64,000 nucleotides of DNA, from the NCBI GenBank assembly GCA_964016885.1, contig OZ024741.1, positions 213,094,001-213,158,000 of the forward strand, written 5' to 3'. This DNA is from Eledone cirrhosa. Taxonomy: Eukaryota. The notes beneath the pieces were generated by a model, which did not search any database, was not told where the DNA came from, and saw only the letters and a program-made list of their open reading frames with translations. This document shows, in pieces, positions 1-14,310 of the stretch (position 1 is the first letter of the stretch; every line of letters starts with the position of its first letter). A program made the position numbers and the translations under genes.

Positions 1-345
1 ATGTCGGTGTTGGTTGAGCCGGGTCTTAAAGTCACAAGTGGATAATCCTATATAGGCTTTGTTGGAGTTTTCCGTCCTCACGTTGCATTGGTAGATCACG
101 TTACGTTCTCGGCATCTGTTGTTGAGGGGGCACGTAGATCTATCAGGGCAGTTAGACCTCCTGGTCGGCTCTCCACTAATGTCTAGGTTATTTCCTCCAT
201 AAGGGTTGAGTTTCTTGTTGTTTGATGAGGCGATGTTTTGTGCGAAGTTGGTTGTGGTGCTGTAGGAGAGTTTGATAGTGTTTTAGTTGATTATGTTGTG
301 GTAGTGGTGTTGTGGTGGGAAGTGTTTTTGAGCATACATAGGTAG
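1..345 (-). mobile_element. Penelope-like element fragment (Naiad-like): RT thumb, Cys linker and start of GIY-YIG endonuclease; runs off the window edge
   Basis: Minus-strand translation KHFPPQHHYHNIIN*NTIKLSYSTT...NCPDRSTCPLNNRC...VIYQCNV...AYIGLSTCDFKTRLNQH matches the PLE proteins at 19444-20478 and 43581-44875. It has one in-frame stop. Confidence 0.85.
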
Positions 346-1040
346 ATGTACTTCTTTTTTTTTCTTTTTCTTTTTCTTTTCTTTTTCTTTTCTTTTTCTT
401 TTCTTTTTCTTTTCTTTTTCCCTTTATCTCTTCCTATCACTTTCTTCCACTCCTGCTCCTATTCCTTTTCCTTTTTCCTCTTTCGCCTAACTTGAAGCAG
501 CCCATCGGGCTTTTCTAACCTCAGTACCCCCACCCCAGTAAATTCTATATATCGCAATACCAGCTAAAAATATAGCAGCTGCTTTAGACTCTAGAGATTT
601 TTTATTATTTTTAGTTTAATTTAAAAAAAATTTTTTTTTTTAATCTCAATTTATTAACCATTTAATTTTATAACGGCCCACTCTCAGATTTCTTTTTCGC
701 CTGCTTCTTAACTAACCTATTTTCATACACACTCCTTAGAATTTGCTGTATAGAATTCACTTTCAACGCTTGACCGTCTCCACCCACTAACTCATTGTTT
801 TATAGGCAAGTTCAGCCCCCCCCCCCCCACCTCCCAACCACCGCCAAGAAAGATTTAATTGTGTTTACAAGAAATTTTGACCAATCATTTTGACAACTAA
901 AATATTCCCATATAAGGAGTTGCCCCTTGGAAAGTTCGGCTATTTATTACCATGCTAAAAATTCTAATTTAGTCTAGAAATAGCTGTCGAAACGGCTTGA
1001 GCTCTGCCGTCGGGGTTAAATATGTTCCTATATATATATA

Positions 1041-1071
<31 letters not shown>

Positions 1072-1199
1072 CTACATATGTATATTTAAGATTATACTGA
1101 TGCCAGTGTTATCATCATAATTGTCAGTATATTGTAGCTGTTGTTGTTTCTGCGAAGGTTGTCTAGATTTGTAATTTCTTAGTTATTTTTGTTGGTAAA

Positions 1200-1665
1200 C
1201 TGGTGGTGGTTGCTGTTGTCATTGTGATGTTAGTACTGATAGTGTTGGTCATATTTTAGTTGGTGGTGGGTGTTGTTGTCGTGGTGATGTTAGTATTGTA
1301 AGTGTTGTTTATATTTTAGTTGGTGGTGGTGGTTGTCATGGTGATGTTAGTATTGTTAGTGTTGGTATATTTTAGTTGGTGGTGGTTGCTGTTGTCATGG
1401 TGATGTTAGTGTTGTTAGTGTTGGTCATATTTTAGTTGGTGGTGGTTGTTTTTGTCATGGTGATGTTAGTACTGTTAGTGTTGGTCATATTATAGTTGTT
1501 GTTGGTGGTAGTGGTGGTGGTTGTCATGGTGATGTTAGTGGTGTAAGTGTTGGTCATATTTTAGTTGGTGGTAGCGGTGGTGGCGGTGGCGGTTGTGGTG
1601 GTGGTGGTGGTGGTGGTGGTGGTGGTGTCGGTTGTCATGGTGATGTTAGTGTTGTAAGTGTTGAT
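1200..1665. repeat. ~57-60 bp GT-rich minisatellite
   Basis: About 7 copies of GTCATGGTGATGTTAGT..GTTAGTGTTGGTCATATTTTAGTTGGTGGT. Confidence 0.85.
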
Positions 1666-1668
1666 CTT

Positions 1669-1855
1669 GGTGGTTTGGCAGTATCAGTAGAGGGTCGGAC
1701 GCCATGCTTTCCAGCATAGTTACGTCCCTTTACGATCTGAGTTCAAATCCCGCCGAGGTTGACTTTGCCTTTCATCCTTACGGGGTCGATAAAATAAAGT
1801 ACCAGTAACGCACTGGCTAATTGCTGGCCTTGTGCCTAAAGTAGAAACAGTTATT
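1669..1855 (+). mobile_element. tRNA-derived SINE, OK-like with Nin/Deu-type central domain
   Basis: A-box TGGCAGTATCAG, B-box GAGTTCAAATCC and the central GCCTTTCATCCTTACGGGGTCGATAAAATAAAGTACCAG. More than 12 copies occur in the window. Confidence 0.85.
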
Positions 1856-1899
1856 TGTTGTAATGCTTGGTTTTGTGTTTTTTCTCAGTGTTCATAAGG

Positions 1900-2960
1900 T
1901 TGTTGTGGTAGTTGTAGATGGCGTTTTTACTGGTACTTTAGTTGCTGTGGTTGTTCGTGTTGTTGTTGATGATGTTGGTACTGTTGGTGTTGTTGTTGGT
2001 GTTGATGATGTTGGTACTGTTGGTGTTGTTGTTGGTGTTGATGATGTTGGTACTGTTGGTGTTGTTGTTGTTGTTGTTGTTGTTGGTGTTGTTGTTGTTG
2101 TTGGTGGTGGTGGTGTTGTTGTTGGTGTTGCTGTTGTTGTTGGTACTGTTGTTGTTGTTGGTGGTGGTGGTGTTGGTGTTGGTGTTGTTGTGGTTGTTGT
2201 TGGTGTTGTTGTTGGCACTGTTGTTGTTGTTGATGATGTTGGTACTGTTGGTGTTGTTGTTGTTGGTGGTACTGTTTGTGTTGTTGTTACTACTGTTGTT
2301 GTTGTTGTTGTTGTTGGTACTGTTGGTGTCGTTGTTGTTAGTACTGTTGTTGTTGGTGTTGTTGTTGTTGGTGGTGGTGGTGGTACTGTTGTTGTTGTTG
2401 GTACTGTTAGTGTTGTTGTTGTTGTTAGTACTGTTGTTGTTGTTGTTGTTGTTATTGGTACTGTTGGTGTTGTTGTTGTTGTTGGTGGTGGTACTGTTGT
2501 TGTTGTTGTTGGTACTGTTGGTGTTGTTATTGTTAGTACTGTTGTTGTTAGTGTTGTTGTTGTTGTTGGTACTGTTGGTGTTGTTGTTGTTGGTACTGTT
2601 ATTATTGCTGTTGTTGTCGTTGATGTTGTCGTCGTCGTCGGTTTTGTTGTTGTTATTTTTGTTCTTGTTCTTGCTGTTGTTGTTGTTATTGCTGTTGTTT
2701 TCGTTGTTGTCGTTGTCGTTGGTGTTGTTGCCGTCGCCGTTGTCGTCGTGGGCGGTGGCGTCTTGGTCGTCGTCGTTGTTGTTGTTGGTTTTGTTATTGT
2801 GTTCTTGGTGTTTTTAATGGCTTCGATGGTTTTAGTTGATGAATTTAGTATTGCCGTTATTATTGTACTTGATGTTGTTGCTGTAGTTGTTGCTGTAGTT
2901 GTTGCTGATGATGTGGTCGTTGTCGTTGTTGTTGTTGTTGCTGTTCAGTTTGATGTTGTC
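1900..2960. repeat. (GTT/GGT)n trinucleotide low-complexity tract
   Basis: Degenerate GTT/GGT/ACT triplets; source of the poly-V, poly-L and poly-T ORFs. Confidence 0.9.
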
Positions 2961-3269
2961 TCTGTTATTTATGTTCAACTTAGTGATGGTTATCAAAACC
3001 AATGTTTAGATAAACAGATTATAAAATATAAAATTTTAAATATATAAAATGTCCGTATTTTAACAAAGAAAATTAATGACGCATGATCAACAAACAAAAA
3101 ATATTACACGATACTAGCATTATAGTACTAATACTACAACTATTATAAATTTTAATGAATTTTAAATATCACTATTACTACTACTATACTTTATATTACA
3201 TACTTTGATATTACTTTTTTTATTAGAAGTATTATTATCATCATTATTCATATCGTTTTTATTATTTTT

Positions 3270-3712
3270 TGTTACATTCTTTGTTTTTGTTTTATACTCA
3301 TTTTTACACGCAGAAACCCACATTGCATCGTCCTGTGCTGTCTTTAATGTATTTTTATGTAAACCCTTTGTGGTCAAAGAAAACAGTATTGGGTGAGAGA
3401 GGCGAACATGGTCGAAATGAATGAGTCTGCTCTGAATATGCACCTGTAGAAGGTGGAAAACTGGGAGAGGGCTCTTGACCTGGTGGTCCGTGACACCATG
3501 GCAATATTCTGGGCTTTCTCCACGAGTGACTATCGGAGGTCTCCCCCACCCTATTGGGGAATTTTCCTTTGTTTCATTTTTGTGTTACATCCTTTGCTTT
3601 TGTGTTATATTTTAGTTTTTACACGCAGAAACACCCATTTGTACCGTCCTGTGCCGTCCTTAATGTTATGCTCTCTGTCAACCCTTGTGGTTAATAAAGA
3701 AAACATTATTAT
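3270..3712 (+). mobile_element. Probable LINE 3' end (L1/Tx1-like) preceded by a second diverged copy of its tail
   Basis: A diverged ~100 bp direct repeat (about 3290-3390 and 3605-3710; ACACGCAGAAAC..CGTCCTGTGC.GTC.TTAATGT..AAAGAAAACA) ends in AATAAA plus an (ATT)n tail. The family assignment is from memory only. Confidence 0.4.
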
Positions 3713-4129
3713 CATTATTATTATTGTTGTTGTTGTTGTTATTGTTGTTGTTGTTGTTGTTGTTGTTTTGTTACTGTCGTGTACTTTTCCGTTTGTTGAT
3801 CACGCATCATAAATTTTCTTTTCATTCAACAATTTGTTGCAAATAAAATCATCAAAAGCAAAAAACAAAAAATAAAACGACCGCTAGAAAAAAATCATCA
3901 GTCAACATAGTCTAAATCACCATGTGTTGTGAAACTATGTCACCGTTTTTTTTTTGGTAATTAAAATCTGTTCCACACACTTTACAGTCTTCCTTGACAG
4001 GGAATTATCTAATGCAGGGCTTCGCAGACTAATTTCGCTTTCTATTCGCAACCCCTTCTGTTCATTTAGAAAAACTCGTGACCCCTTCAATCGTGTTGTA
4101 ACGACCATTAGTAATATTACCTTCATTGA

Positions 4130-4680
4130 AATATTACCAATACATTAAAGACAGCATTATACTGTATAGAAATTGTACTAGTAATATATACATTGGTAAT
4201 AATTGTTTCTACCTTTGGCACAAGGCCAGCAATTACCCAGTACATTACTGGTACTTTATTTTATCGACCCCGTAAGGATGAAAAGCAAAGTTAACCTCGG
4301 CGGGATTTGAACTCAGACCGTAAATTAATGATACAAATGTTATATAGAAATGGTATTAATACTCTATATAAATGGTAGTAATAAAATATAGTAATGTTAC
4401 TAATACTGTATTGTAGTAGTCGTACCAATGATATAGAAATGTTATCAACAGTGTCTAGAAATGGTATTAATGTTGTATAGTAGTGGTACCAATTCTATAG
4501 AAATGGTACTGTTACTATATAGAAATGGTGGTAATGCTATACAGAAATGGTACTAATACTGTATAGTACTGGTACTATTACTACAGCAATGATACTAATG
4601 CTATATAGATATGGTACTAATACTGTATAGAATTGGTACTAATACTCTATAGAAATGGTACATATACTATATAGAACTGC
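4130..4680. repeat. ~22 bp minisatellite (TACTAATACTGTATAGAAATGG) interrupted by an OK-like SINE fragment at 4199-4322 (-)
   Basis: The repeat unit is visible on both sides of the SINE fragment. Confidence 0.8.
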
Positions 4681-5465
4681 TGTTCATTCAATAACTCAAA
4701 TCGTGGCTCAAAATTTAGAAGTGCTGATCATAAGACAATCTCCCTAGGGTTCTCACAAATTCTTGCGAATGTGGTTTGAGGGTCGTGGCATCGAGTTAGA
4801 GAAGCCTTGAATTAATGCTCCGTTTAAGGCTGCTTCTGAACAAAAATGCGTTCTAAATTTTAATGGACTTTCCTAGGTTCAGAGGAAATATACTTTCAAA
4901 ATGAAAAAAATGCTTCATAAATAAGAAGTGTTTCGGATTTCTTTAACTTTTTTATATCAAACCAAGAAAGGATGAAAGGTTGACCTCGGTGGGATGTGAA
5001 CTCACAAGGTAAAATGTTGTAACTAAATAGAACATAATGTTTTGTCCGTAACTCTACGGATTCCATAAGCCCACCCATCACACTTTAGCCCCCAATTGCG
5101 AAAAACGTTACTAAAGTTCTACGTGGTTATATTAAATGAAGGATTATGTTATCATCTTTGGAATGATTCTCTCATCACATTTGAAACCAGATCCTCAGAG
5201 AACACTCATGGTTTTAAGAAACAAAATTATTTTAAAACGTATACATTCATCTAAGAAAGAAAGACCACCCATCATAAGTTTATGTAAGAAATTTAATTTC
5301 AAAAGACTCGGTTAATAAATCGAAATTATGATATATTTTTGAATCCCTCGAAATTCTTGATTATTTCTAAAATTATGTGAAAATTATTGGAAAATTAGTA
5401 ATGGAGAGGTTAAACCCTCCAATATAACGTTAACTTGGAAAATAAATCATAATCAATTTTCTTCC

Positions 5466-5498
<33 letters not shown>

Positions 5499-5727
5499 CA
5501 TAAGTATATATATGTGTGTGTGTATATATATATATATATATGTGTGTATGCATGTAAATATTTGTATATATGTGTGTGTAAACATGTAAATATATATGTG
5601 TGTGCATGTATATATATATATATATATTATAGCAATCTTACAACAACTATATATATATATATATATACATGTGTGTTTATGGATGTATATATGAATATAT
5701 GTGTTTATATGTGTGTGCATGCATTTA

Positions 5728-5786
<59 letters not shown>

Positions 5787-5799
5787 ATATATATATGTG

Positions 5800-5850
<51 letters not shown>

Positions 5851-6241
5851 CATGTATGAGTGTATTTATGTGGGTATACACACAGCCAGAAGTACAATAA
5901 TAATAGCAGTAATCTGACTTATTGATATCCAATGTAATAGAAATAATGAAGATGGCGTTTAATATCCATGGCTGTCCATTAAATAGACACTAAAACCGTT
6001 GTAGAAACTATCTTGTCGTCCATATTGGTTTGTTGTTGGTCTTGTCGTTTTTTTATGAAATCTAATATAGCTAGAGGCTGTGTAATTTGTGTGTGCAATT
6101 GTATGAAATATAAACATATCTATGTATGCGTATGTGTGAATGGGTTTGGGTTTGTGTATGTATATATGTATATATGTGTATATGTGTATATGTATATATG
6201 TGCGTGTGTATTTTTACAAACATATGCATGTATATATATAC

Positions 6242-6390
<149 letters not shown>

Positions 6391-6488
6391 GTGTGTGTGT
6401 GCGTGTGTGTGTGTGAGTGTGTGCATGTGAGACTATCTATGAATTTGATTATGTTTCTTCTAATTTTCTATCGTTGTTTCTATTTATG

Positions 6489-6525
<37 letters not shown>

Positions 6526-6582
6526 ATATACTGTATATGTGTATGCATATGTAAGTATATAAATATATATGTATGTATATAC

Positions 6583-6673
<91 letters not shown>

Positions 6674-6767
6674 TTGCAAATGCTATTAACTATTATGTAT
6701 TCATAAACCGGTGATTTATTTCAAGTTTATCTGCCCTTACCTCTCATTCAACCTCATGCTACCTCTG

Positions 6768-6800
<33 letters not shown>

Positions 6801-7592
6801 CACCATGTATATATTACTATAATACTTGTCTCTCTGCTATCTATCTTACTATATTGATTTATCGATCCAACAAGTTCATCGTATGTAATTGAACAATGTT
6901 CACATTACATGCCAAGCAACCGTGCGTTTTTTTTTTAAATCTGTTTATCATGACTTGATTATGACTATACACATATGTGTCTGTATCTGGGTATGTGTGG
7001 GCGTACATCCACATATACGCACCCCTATATTCTCATATATATTTATATAGACATACACACGAACACATACATATCCTTGATATAATATAACGGTTAAGAT
7101 TTCTAGGATAAACTTAAATGACACACATGTACACAAGCTAAATATGATAGGAGAGTAAAACAGATTTGAACGATACAATTGCTGTACAGCGGGAAAAGGC
7201 ACAGCCTTAGTATGCCACGACAACCAAACAGGTTTTAACATCAAATGTAGGGTATATAAATGTGTTAATGGATTAAACTGCAAGTTGTTTTTCACTGTCA
7301 TATGACATGTTTCAGCAAAAAACGAACTTAACCACCAGCACTCCCCTAATCTAATATTGGTTCCTTGAAGATATTTTGTGATATGTGATTGCAAGTTTTG
7401 TTGATTGAATTGATTAAACAATTAATTAATTAATTAAGGTGTAAATTATTTTATATGTTTGCGATTGCATATCGTTAAATCGAAACAGACGTAGAAATTA
7501 ATAAAATGATTTGAATTAGAATTTTAATTCTAACCTAAATTTATATATATATATATATATATAGTGATGTGGTAGAACATGGGTATTTTATA

Positions 7593-7698
<106 letters not shown>

Positions 7699-7915
7699 GA
7701 GTCAGGGGGAATGCCTGCGGTGCAAAGACCAGGGTGACCAATAATCACGAGTGGGTATAGAGATAGATAAAATTCCAACCACGGCGCCAAATTCCTGACT
7801 GCTGAACACTAGCCGAAACCGTTTGGCGCTGCGCTGTGGATTTTACCTGTTTCACTCTATATACAAACTCACACAAATCAGACATATATATATACATGAG
7901 CAGATACCCAGATGA

Positions 7916-8151
7916 GAAGGCGCATGGCTTAGTGGTTAGAACATTGGGCTTGCAATCCAAAAGCTGTGAGTTCAATTCTCGGACCGGGTGATGTGTTGTT
8001 TCCCTGAGCAAGACACTTCATTTCACGTTGCTCCAGTTTACTAAGCTGTAGAAATGAGATGATAGGACTGGGATCCTTATCATTAAATTATCCAAGACAC
8101 CTCCAATGAGATATAGCTTGGAGGAGGCCAGCTAAACCTGCATATGTGTGA
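7916..8151 (+). mobile_element. tRNA-derived CORE-type SINE (OR-like); a near-identical subfamily copy lies at 29797-30029 (-)
   Basis: A-box TGGCTTAGTGG, B-box GAGTTCAATTC and CORE-like CTGAGCAAGACACTTCATTTCAC. The same ~100 bp 3' extension is present in the 29.8-30.0 kb copy. Confidence 0.8.
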
Positions 8152-10289
8152 GATATTACACAGACACAGAGATACCCAGAATACATTACATGTTTCTTAA
8201 TCAGCTGTTGTCTTCACATTGTCACGTGATTAGCCCCGCGATATTAAAATCCCAATCCCACAGCAGTAGTGGACAGCCACAATCCAAACCCACACAGTGC
8301 ATCTTTCATAATCAGTTAAGCTCCTCATATGTTCAGGTGCCTGCCTCTGGCCTTTGATCAAAATTGAATCCATAGGAAGCTTTGGAAATTAGAAGGTGAA
8401 GGACCAGAATTGATTCCCTGATATGAGGAAGAATTTGGCAGTTATTTATCGACCTCGATTCATTCCGTTAACTACAAGTATCAATTCTCACTATACGTTT
8501 TGTCTGACTGTCCGGCGTTGTTTAATATCCACTGTGGATACGAGACATTATAAGTTAAGTTCATTTTTAATTGCTAACTAATTAGATTGATATGTCAGCT
8601 GTGGTTAGAAATAACGCTGCTTCGTTAATCAGTTGACAAATTGCCTTCTGTCTGGTTTACGTATTTTCAAAACCGACCATTCTAAATATTATGTTGATCG
8701 GCAGACATCTTGGGAACATACTAAGCTACGAGATCTCTTTTAGAGATTTTGTCTCTTACTGATTTTACATATTCGTGTTTTAAATTCATTCAAAATGTCT
8801 GCTCCGCTCCTCCTAAAAGCTGAGTTCTTCGACGAACATAAACATAGTGGGTGGTTGAAGATCCTAGGCCTAACAAGAAAATCTGTATAGCATTGTATTC
8901 TATTCTATTGTAATTTCCGAATATAAATATAAATTAGTTGGAAATCCAACAGTTTTGATGGATAATAGGATCTGATCCATGTCAGATAAATCAAACCAAT
9001 CTTAATGACATGATATCACACAGAGAAGAGATTTTTAGCTTAGTGAATACATTGCATTTAGTATCCACTATTTGATGAATATTCATTCTTTACTTAGGGA
9101 GAACGGGCAGATTTAAAGTAGAATACAATGAATCAGTACAACACGAAGCGTTGTTCGCTCGAAGGCAAAATGTTATGTTATATGAAATATCTCCTAATGA
9201 GAATTAAGACTAAAGAAGACATTCTTTACACTTTTTCTACAGTTCTCGTTACAAGTAAAAGTAATTTAAGTATTGGCATAATTAGATGGTAATCTTTCTT
9301 CTAACGTTCCTCAACGCTCTCATCACCCATACCTCCCTGTCTTGCAGTAGGTGACGAAACCTTTCCGCCATAGCACGTTTTGAAGCCTTGCCAAGAGCTA
9401 GTTCCCAGGCCCTTATCCCGTAGGCAAAATCTTCGACAACAAAATTATCATCGCAGTTTAAATGACTTTAAGCAATTAGTTTCGTCGCCTTATGTTGGAA
9501 TCCTACCTGTCTTCACTATTCAACTATTTTCATTACTCAATAATATAGTACAATCTTATGTTAAAATATTTTATCAACATTGATACATTGTTGAAGACTG
9601 GATATTTAGAACATCTTTTACGTTTCTAGGAATAACATATTGTACTGTAGCTGATGTTCTTTGGCTTAGGTGAGATGTAGCGATAATATTTTTGCTTAAG
9701 GCCTTCGAATTTTGGGGCCCAATTTAACTAAACGACACCATGAGTTCATCGGCTAACCAAGATACGCTCATGGAATGACCAAATTAGGTTTATTTTTCAA
9801 TATAATCGCTAGAAAGAAACAATGCAGTTATTATTAACAAGAGTTGAAATTAATGCATGGAGGATTTCACAACGCTGTCATTACTCCTTCATAGTCAGCC
9901 TATAAAATGTTCAGCCAACTCTCATAATCACCAGAATAGTGTTTTTTAAATATATGTTTAGAGATACCTACACCATGAGCTGAATTTTATATTGTAACAC
10001 ATTTTTGGAAACTATTGTCAATTTTTGTAGATGTTTTCATGTCACGATGCAATGTTATTTATTTGGCACCTAACATATGGGTCTGGAGCTGCACTTTGAA
10101 AAGCTTTTCAAATTGACTAAATCATTATGAGTAAAAACTGGGAGGCGATAATGTGTGGAAAAAACTAGTAGACGAAACTCTATGTCTAGTATCTCCCATA
10201 CAAGTTCGTATAATCTTCATATATAATGGTGTTGTCACAGCTCACAACATTGTTGATTTAGTTGGTTTCCTATCAGTTGCATATTAGGG

Positions 10290-10560
10290 GAGTTTTCTCT
10301 GGTATCTTAAAGACAGGACCTCCGGTCTTATGAAAAGAGTCTTCGCAGCAGGATGTCATTCCTTTGTATGGGATAACACCCAGATGCTCCTGGTACTCAT
10401 TTTTGTTCAGCTGGAAGGACTGGAACAACATGAAATGAATCACCTTGGCCAGGAACAGAACATACCACTCAGTCCATGAATCAGTCTCTCGGCCTTATAA
10501 CTATTAGTCTAACACTCTAACCACTAGGCCACGCGCATTCACACAAGGTCACGCGTCTTC
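10290..10560 (-). mobile_element. Diverged OR-like SINE
   Basis: Reverse complement GCGTGGCCTAGTGGTTAGAGTG...TTCCTGGCCAAGGTGATTCATTTCATGTTGTTCCAGTCC. Confidence 0.65.
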
Positions 10561-11044
10561 ACATTATACAATGTAATTTATTTATTCTAACTGATAGTAT
10601 GATAAATATAATCTTTCAACTTGACCTTATATGACATGGTGTATACTTCAATTGGTCATTAAATATATTGTCTTGACAAACACTTCGCCAAAGTTGAATA
10701 CGTTATTATTTTAAGTTTGATGAAGATCAATATTGAACTAAAAGGTGGTAAATTTATAGAGTCTTTCGATAGAACGTCATATAGAATCCCATTTTAGCTC
10801 TTTGAGGTCTGAGTTCGAATTCCGCCAAGAAAAAAATTGATTTTCCTCCTTTTGAGCTCGATAAATATAGTACCAATCAAGTACTGGGTTCTATTTTGAC
10901 ACAACTAAATTACACATCATGAGTGTGTTGGAGATACTTATATTCCTTTTTAACTGTTTTGTGACCATATTTCTCATGACACACTTGTTTGAAATAATGG
11001 TTGAATTATTTTGAAGAAATTTACTAAAAGTATTGACATTATTA

Positions 11045-11553
11045 GGGCGGAGGATTGGTAGTATCGCTATATCGTCGACACCGTGCTTTGTGGCATATAG
11101 TTACCACCCTTTACATTCTGAGTTCAAATCCCACCGAGGTTAGCTTTGCCTTTCATGCCTACGGAGTCGGTAAAATAAAGTACCAGTAATGCACTGGGGT
11201 AGATTTAATCAACTTTTCCCTCCCCCAAAACTTGTTGGCTTTGTGCCTAATTCAGAAACTGCCATGCTTTGACGCATAGAGTTACGGCCCATTGCCATTC
11301 TGAGTTCAAATCCCGCCGAGGTTAACTTACGGGGTCGATAAAATAAAGTACCGGTAATACACTGGGTAATTTGCTGCAAAGCATGGCGTCCAACTCTCTA
11401 CCAATACTACCAATCCACCGCCATTTGATAATAATTATTGTTTCTTATAAAGGCACAAGGCCAACAATCTTGGGGGAAGACAAAGTCAATAAATCGACAC
11501 CAGTACGTTACTGGTACTTTATTTTATGGACCCTGTAAGGATGTAAGGCAAAG
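11045..11553. mobile_element. Cluster of OK-like SINEs: full-length long variant (+, 11045-11260), partial (+, 11261-11375), inverted head (-, 11377-11423), partial (-, 11438-11553)
   Basis: Direct comparison with the complete copy at 49169-49358. Confidence 0.8.
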
Positions 11554-11554
11554 G

Positions 11555-13620
11555 TGGTGTGATAGTGGTGTTGGTGGTGGTGCTGGTGCTGGTGGTGTTG
11601 GTGGTAGTGGTAGTGGTGGAGGTGGTGGTAGTGGTGGTGGTTATTGTGACGATAGTAGTGGTAGTGGTGTTGGTGGTGGTGGTAGTGTTGGTGGTGATTG
11701 TAGTGATTGTGGTGATTGTGGTAGTGGCGGGTGGGGGTGATAGTGGTAGTAGTGATGGTAGTGATGGTGGTGATGGTGGTAGTGGGGGTGGTTGCAGTAG
11801 TGGTGGTGATAGTGGTGGTGGTAGTGGCGGTAGTGGTGGTGGTGGTGGTAATGGTGGGGGTGTTGGTGGTGGTGGTGTTGGTGGTGGTGATGGTGCTGGT
11901 GGTGGTGTTGGTGGTGGTGGTGAAGGTGCTGGTGGTGTTGGTGGTAGTGGTGGAGGTGGTGGTAGTGGTGATGGTTGTTGTGGTGATAGTAGTGGTAGTG
12001 TTAGAGGTGATTGTGGTGATAGTAGTGGTAGTGGTGTTGGTGGTGGTGATAGTGGTGGTAGTGTTGGTGGTGATAGTAGTGATTGTGGTGATTGTGGTAG
12101 AGGCGGGTGGGGGTAATAGTGGCAGTAGTGATGATAGTGATGGTGGTGATGGTGGTGATGGTGGTGATAGTGGTGGTGGTGATGGTGATTGTGGTTGTAG
12201 TGGTGATAGCGATGGTGGTGGTGGTGGTTTTAGTGGTAGTGGTGATGATGATGTTGCTATGGTAGTGATTGTGATGGTAGTCCTGGTGATTGTGTGAGGG
12301 TGAGGGGTGATTGTGGTGATAGTGGTGATAGTGGTAGTGGTGATGGTGGTGATGATGGTTCATAGTGGTAGTGGTGATGGTGGTGATGATGGTGATAGTG
12401 GTAGTGGTAGTGGTGATGGTGGTGATGATGGTGATAGTGGTAGTGGTAGTGGTGATGGTGGTGATGGTGATAGTGATAGTGGTAGTGGTGATGGTGGTGA
12501 TGATGGTGATAGTGATAGTGGTAGTGGTGATGGTGGTGATGGTGATAGTGATAGTGGTAGTGGTGATGGTGGTGATGCTGGTGATAGTGAGGGTGGGGGT
12601 GGGGGTGGTGGTGGTGATGGTGATAGCGGTAGTGGTGATGGTGGTGATGATGGTGATAGTGATAGTGGTAGTGGTGATGGTGGTGATGATGGTGATAGTG
12701 GTAGTGGTAGTGGTGATGGTGGTGATGATGGTGATAGTGGTAGTGGTAGTGGTGATGGTGGTGATGGTGATAGTGATAGTGGTAGTGGTGATGGTGGTGA
12801 TGATGGTGATAGTGATAGTGGTAGTGGTGATGGTGGTGATGGTGATAGTGATAGTGGTAGTGGTGATGGTTGTGATGGTGATAGTGATAGTGGTAGTGGT
12901 GATGGTGGTGATGATGGTGATAGTGATAGTGGTAGTGGTGATGGTGGTGATGCTGGTGATAGTGAGGGTGGGGGTGGGGGTGGGGGTGGTGATGGTGATA
13001 GCGGTAGTGGTGATGGTGGTGATGATGGTGATAGTGATAGTGGTAGTGGTGGTGGTGGTGATGCTGGTGATAGTGAGGGTGGGGGTGTGGGCGGTGGTGG
13101 TGATGGTGATAGCGGTAGTGGTGATGGTGGTGATGATGGTGATAGTGATAGTGGTAGTGGTGGTGGTGGTGATGATGGTGATAGTGGTGGTGGTAGTGGT
13201 GGTGGTGGTGGTGATGGTGATAGCGGTAGTGGTGATGGTGGTGATGATGGTGATAGTGGTGGTGGTAGTGGTGATGGTGGTGATGATGGTGATAGCGGTA
13301 GTGGTGATGGTGGTGATAGTGGTGATAGTGGTGGTGGTGGTGGTGGTGGTGGTGGTGGTGGTGGTGGTGATGATGGTGATAGCGGTAGTGGTGATGGTGG
13401 TGATAGTGGTGATAGTGGTGGTGGTGGTGGTGGTGGTGATAGTGGTGATAGTGGTGGTGGTGGTGGTGGTGATAGTGGTGATAGTGGTGGTGGTGGTGGT
13501 GGTGGTGGTGGTGGTGGTGGTGGTGGTGGTGGTGATTGTGGTTATAGTGGTGGTAGTGATGGCGGTAGTGGTGATAGTGGTGATGCTTGTGATGGTGGTG
13601 ATAGTGATTGTTGCGGTTGT
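11555..13620. repeat. (GGT/GAT/AGT)n trinucleotide-derived satellite with higher-order 33-36 bp units
   Basis: Repeated GGTAGTGGTGATGGTGGTGATGATGGTGATAGTGATAGT, with block duplications. Confidence 0.9.
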
Positions 13621-13684
13621 GACGTGTATTAAATAAATATTTTTTTACAAACTATTTGATAATAGATGGAATGTACCCTTATCA

Positions 13685-13733
13685 TTTGCTGTTGTTGTTA
13701 TTGTTGCTGTTGTTATTATTATTGTTGTTATCG

Positions 13734-13770
<37 letters not shown>

Positions 13771-14098
13771 GTATCCTATTTGCCAACTATTAGACAAGAC
13801 ATTCCATATCTTGACAAGATGTGTTCCGTTCTCTTTTCACAGATATCCATTGTTTTGTTTTTCACTCTTGTTGTTGTTGTTGTCGTCGTTTCTGATGTTA
13901 ATACAGTTGCTATTGTTATTGTTTATGTTGCTGCTGTTTTCGTTGTTGTTGTCGTTGTTGCTGTTGTTGCTGTCATTGTTGTTGTTGATGTTTTTATTGG
14001 TGTTGTTGTTTCTGATGTTGATGTTATTGTTGTTGTTAGTATTATTTAGGTTGTTATTGTTGTTGTTGTTGTTGTTGTTGTATTTGAAGTTGTTATTA

Positions 14099-14152
<54 letters not shown>

Positions 14153-14173
14153 AATCAGCAGCAGCTGCAATAC

Positions 14174-14214
<41 letters not shown>

Positions 14215-14275
14215 ATAGTAATGGTGGTGGTGGTGGTGGTGGTGGTGGTGGTGGTGGTGGTGGTGGTAGTAGTAC

Positions 14276-14310
<35 letters not shown>

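Noticed and set aside
1863-3047. 394/291 aa Val- or Leu-rich ORFs
   Set aside because: They are by-products of stop-free (GTT/GGT)n repeats that are open in several frames, with no domain or splice evidence.
7916-7990. tRNA genes at SINE heads
   Set aside because: A and B boxes are present, but there is no complete cloverleaf and the sequence continues into SINE body.
9300-9925. Possible old RTE 3' fragment (-, ~9300-9510) and mariner-derived MITE (~9735-9923)
   Set aside because: Similarity is too decayed to support boundaries or TSDs by eye.
11438-13636. Gly/Asp/Ser-rich ORFs resembling biomineral or structural proteins
   Set aside because: Overlapping frames are equally open, the frame shifts between blocks, and the upstream ORF starts inside a SINE. 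A trinucleotide satellite explains them.
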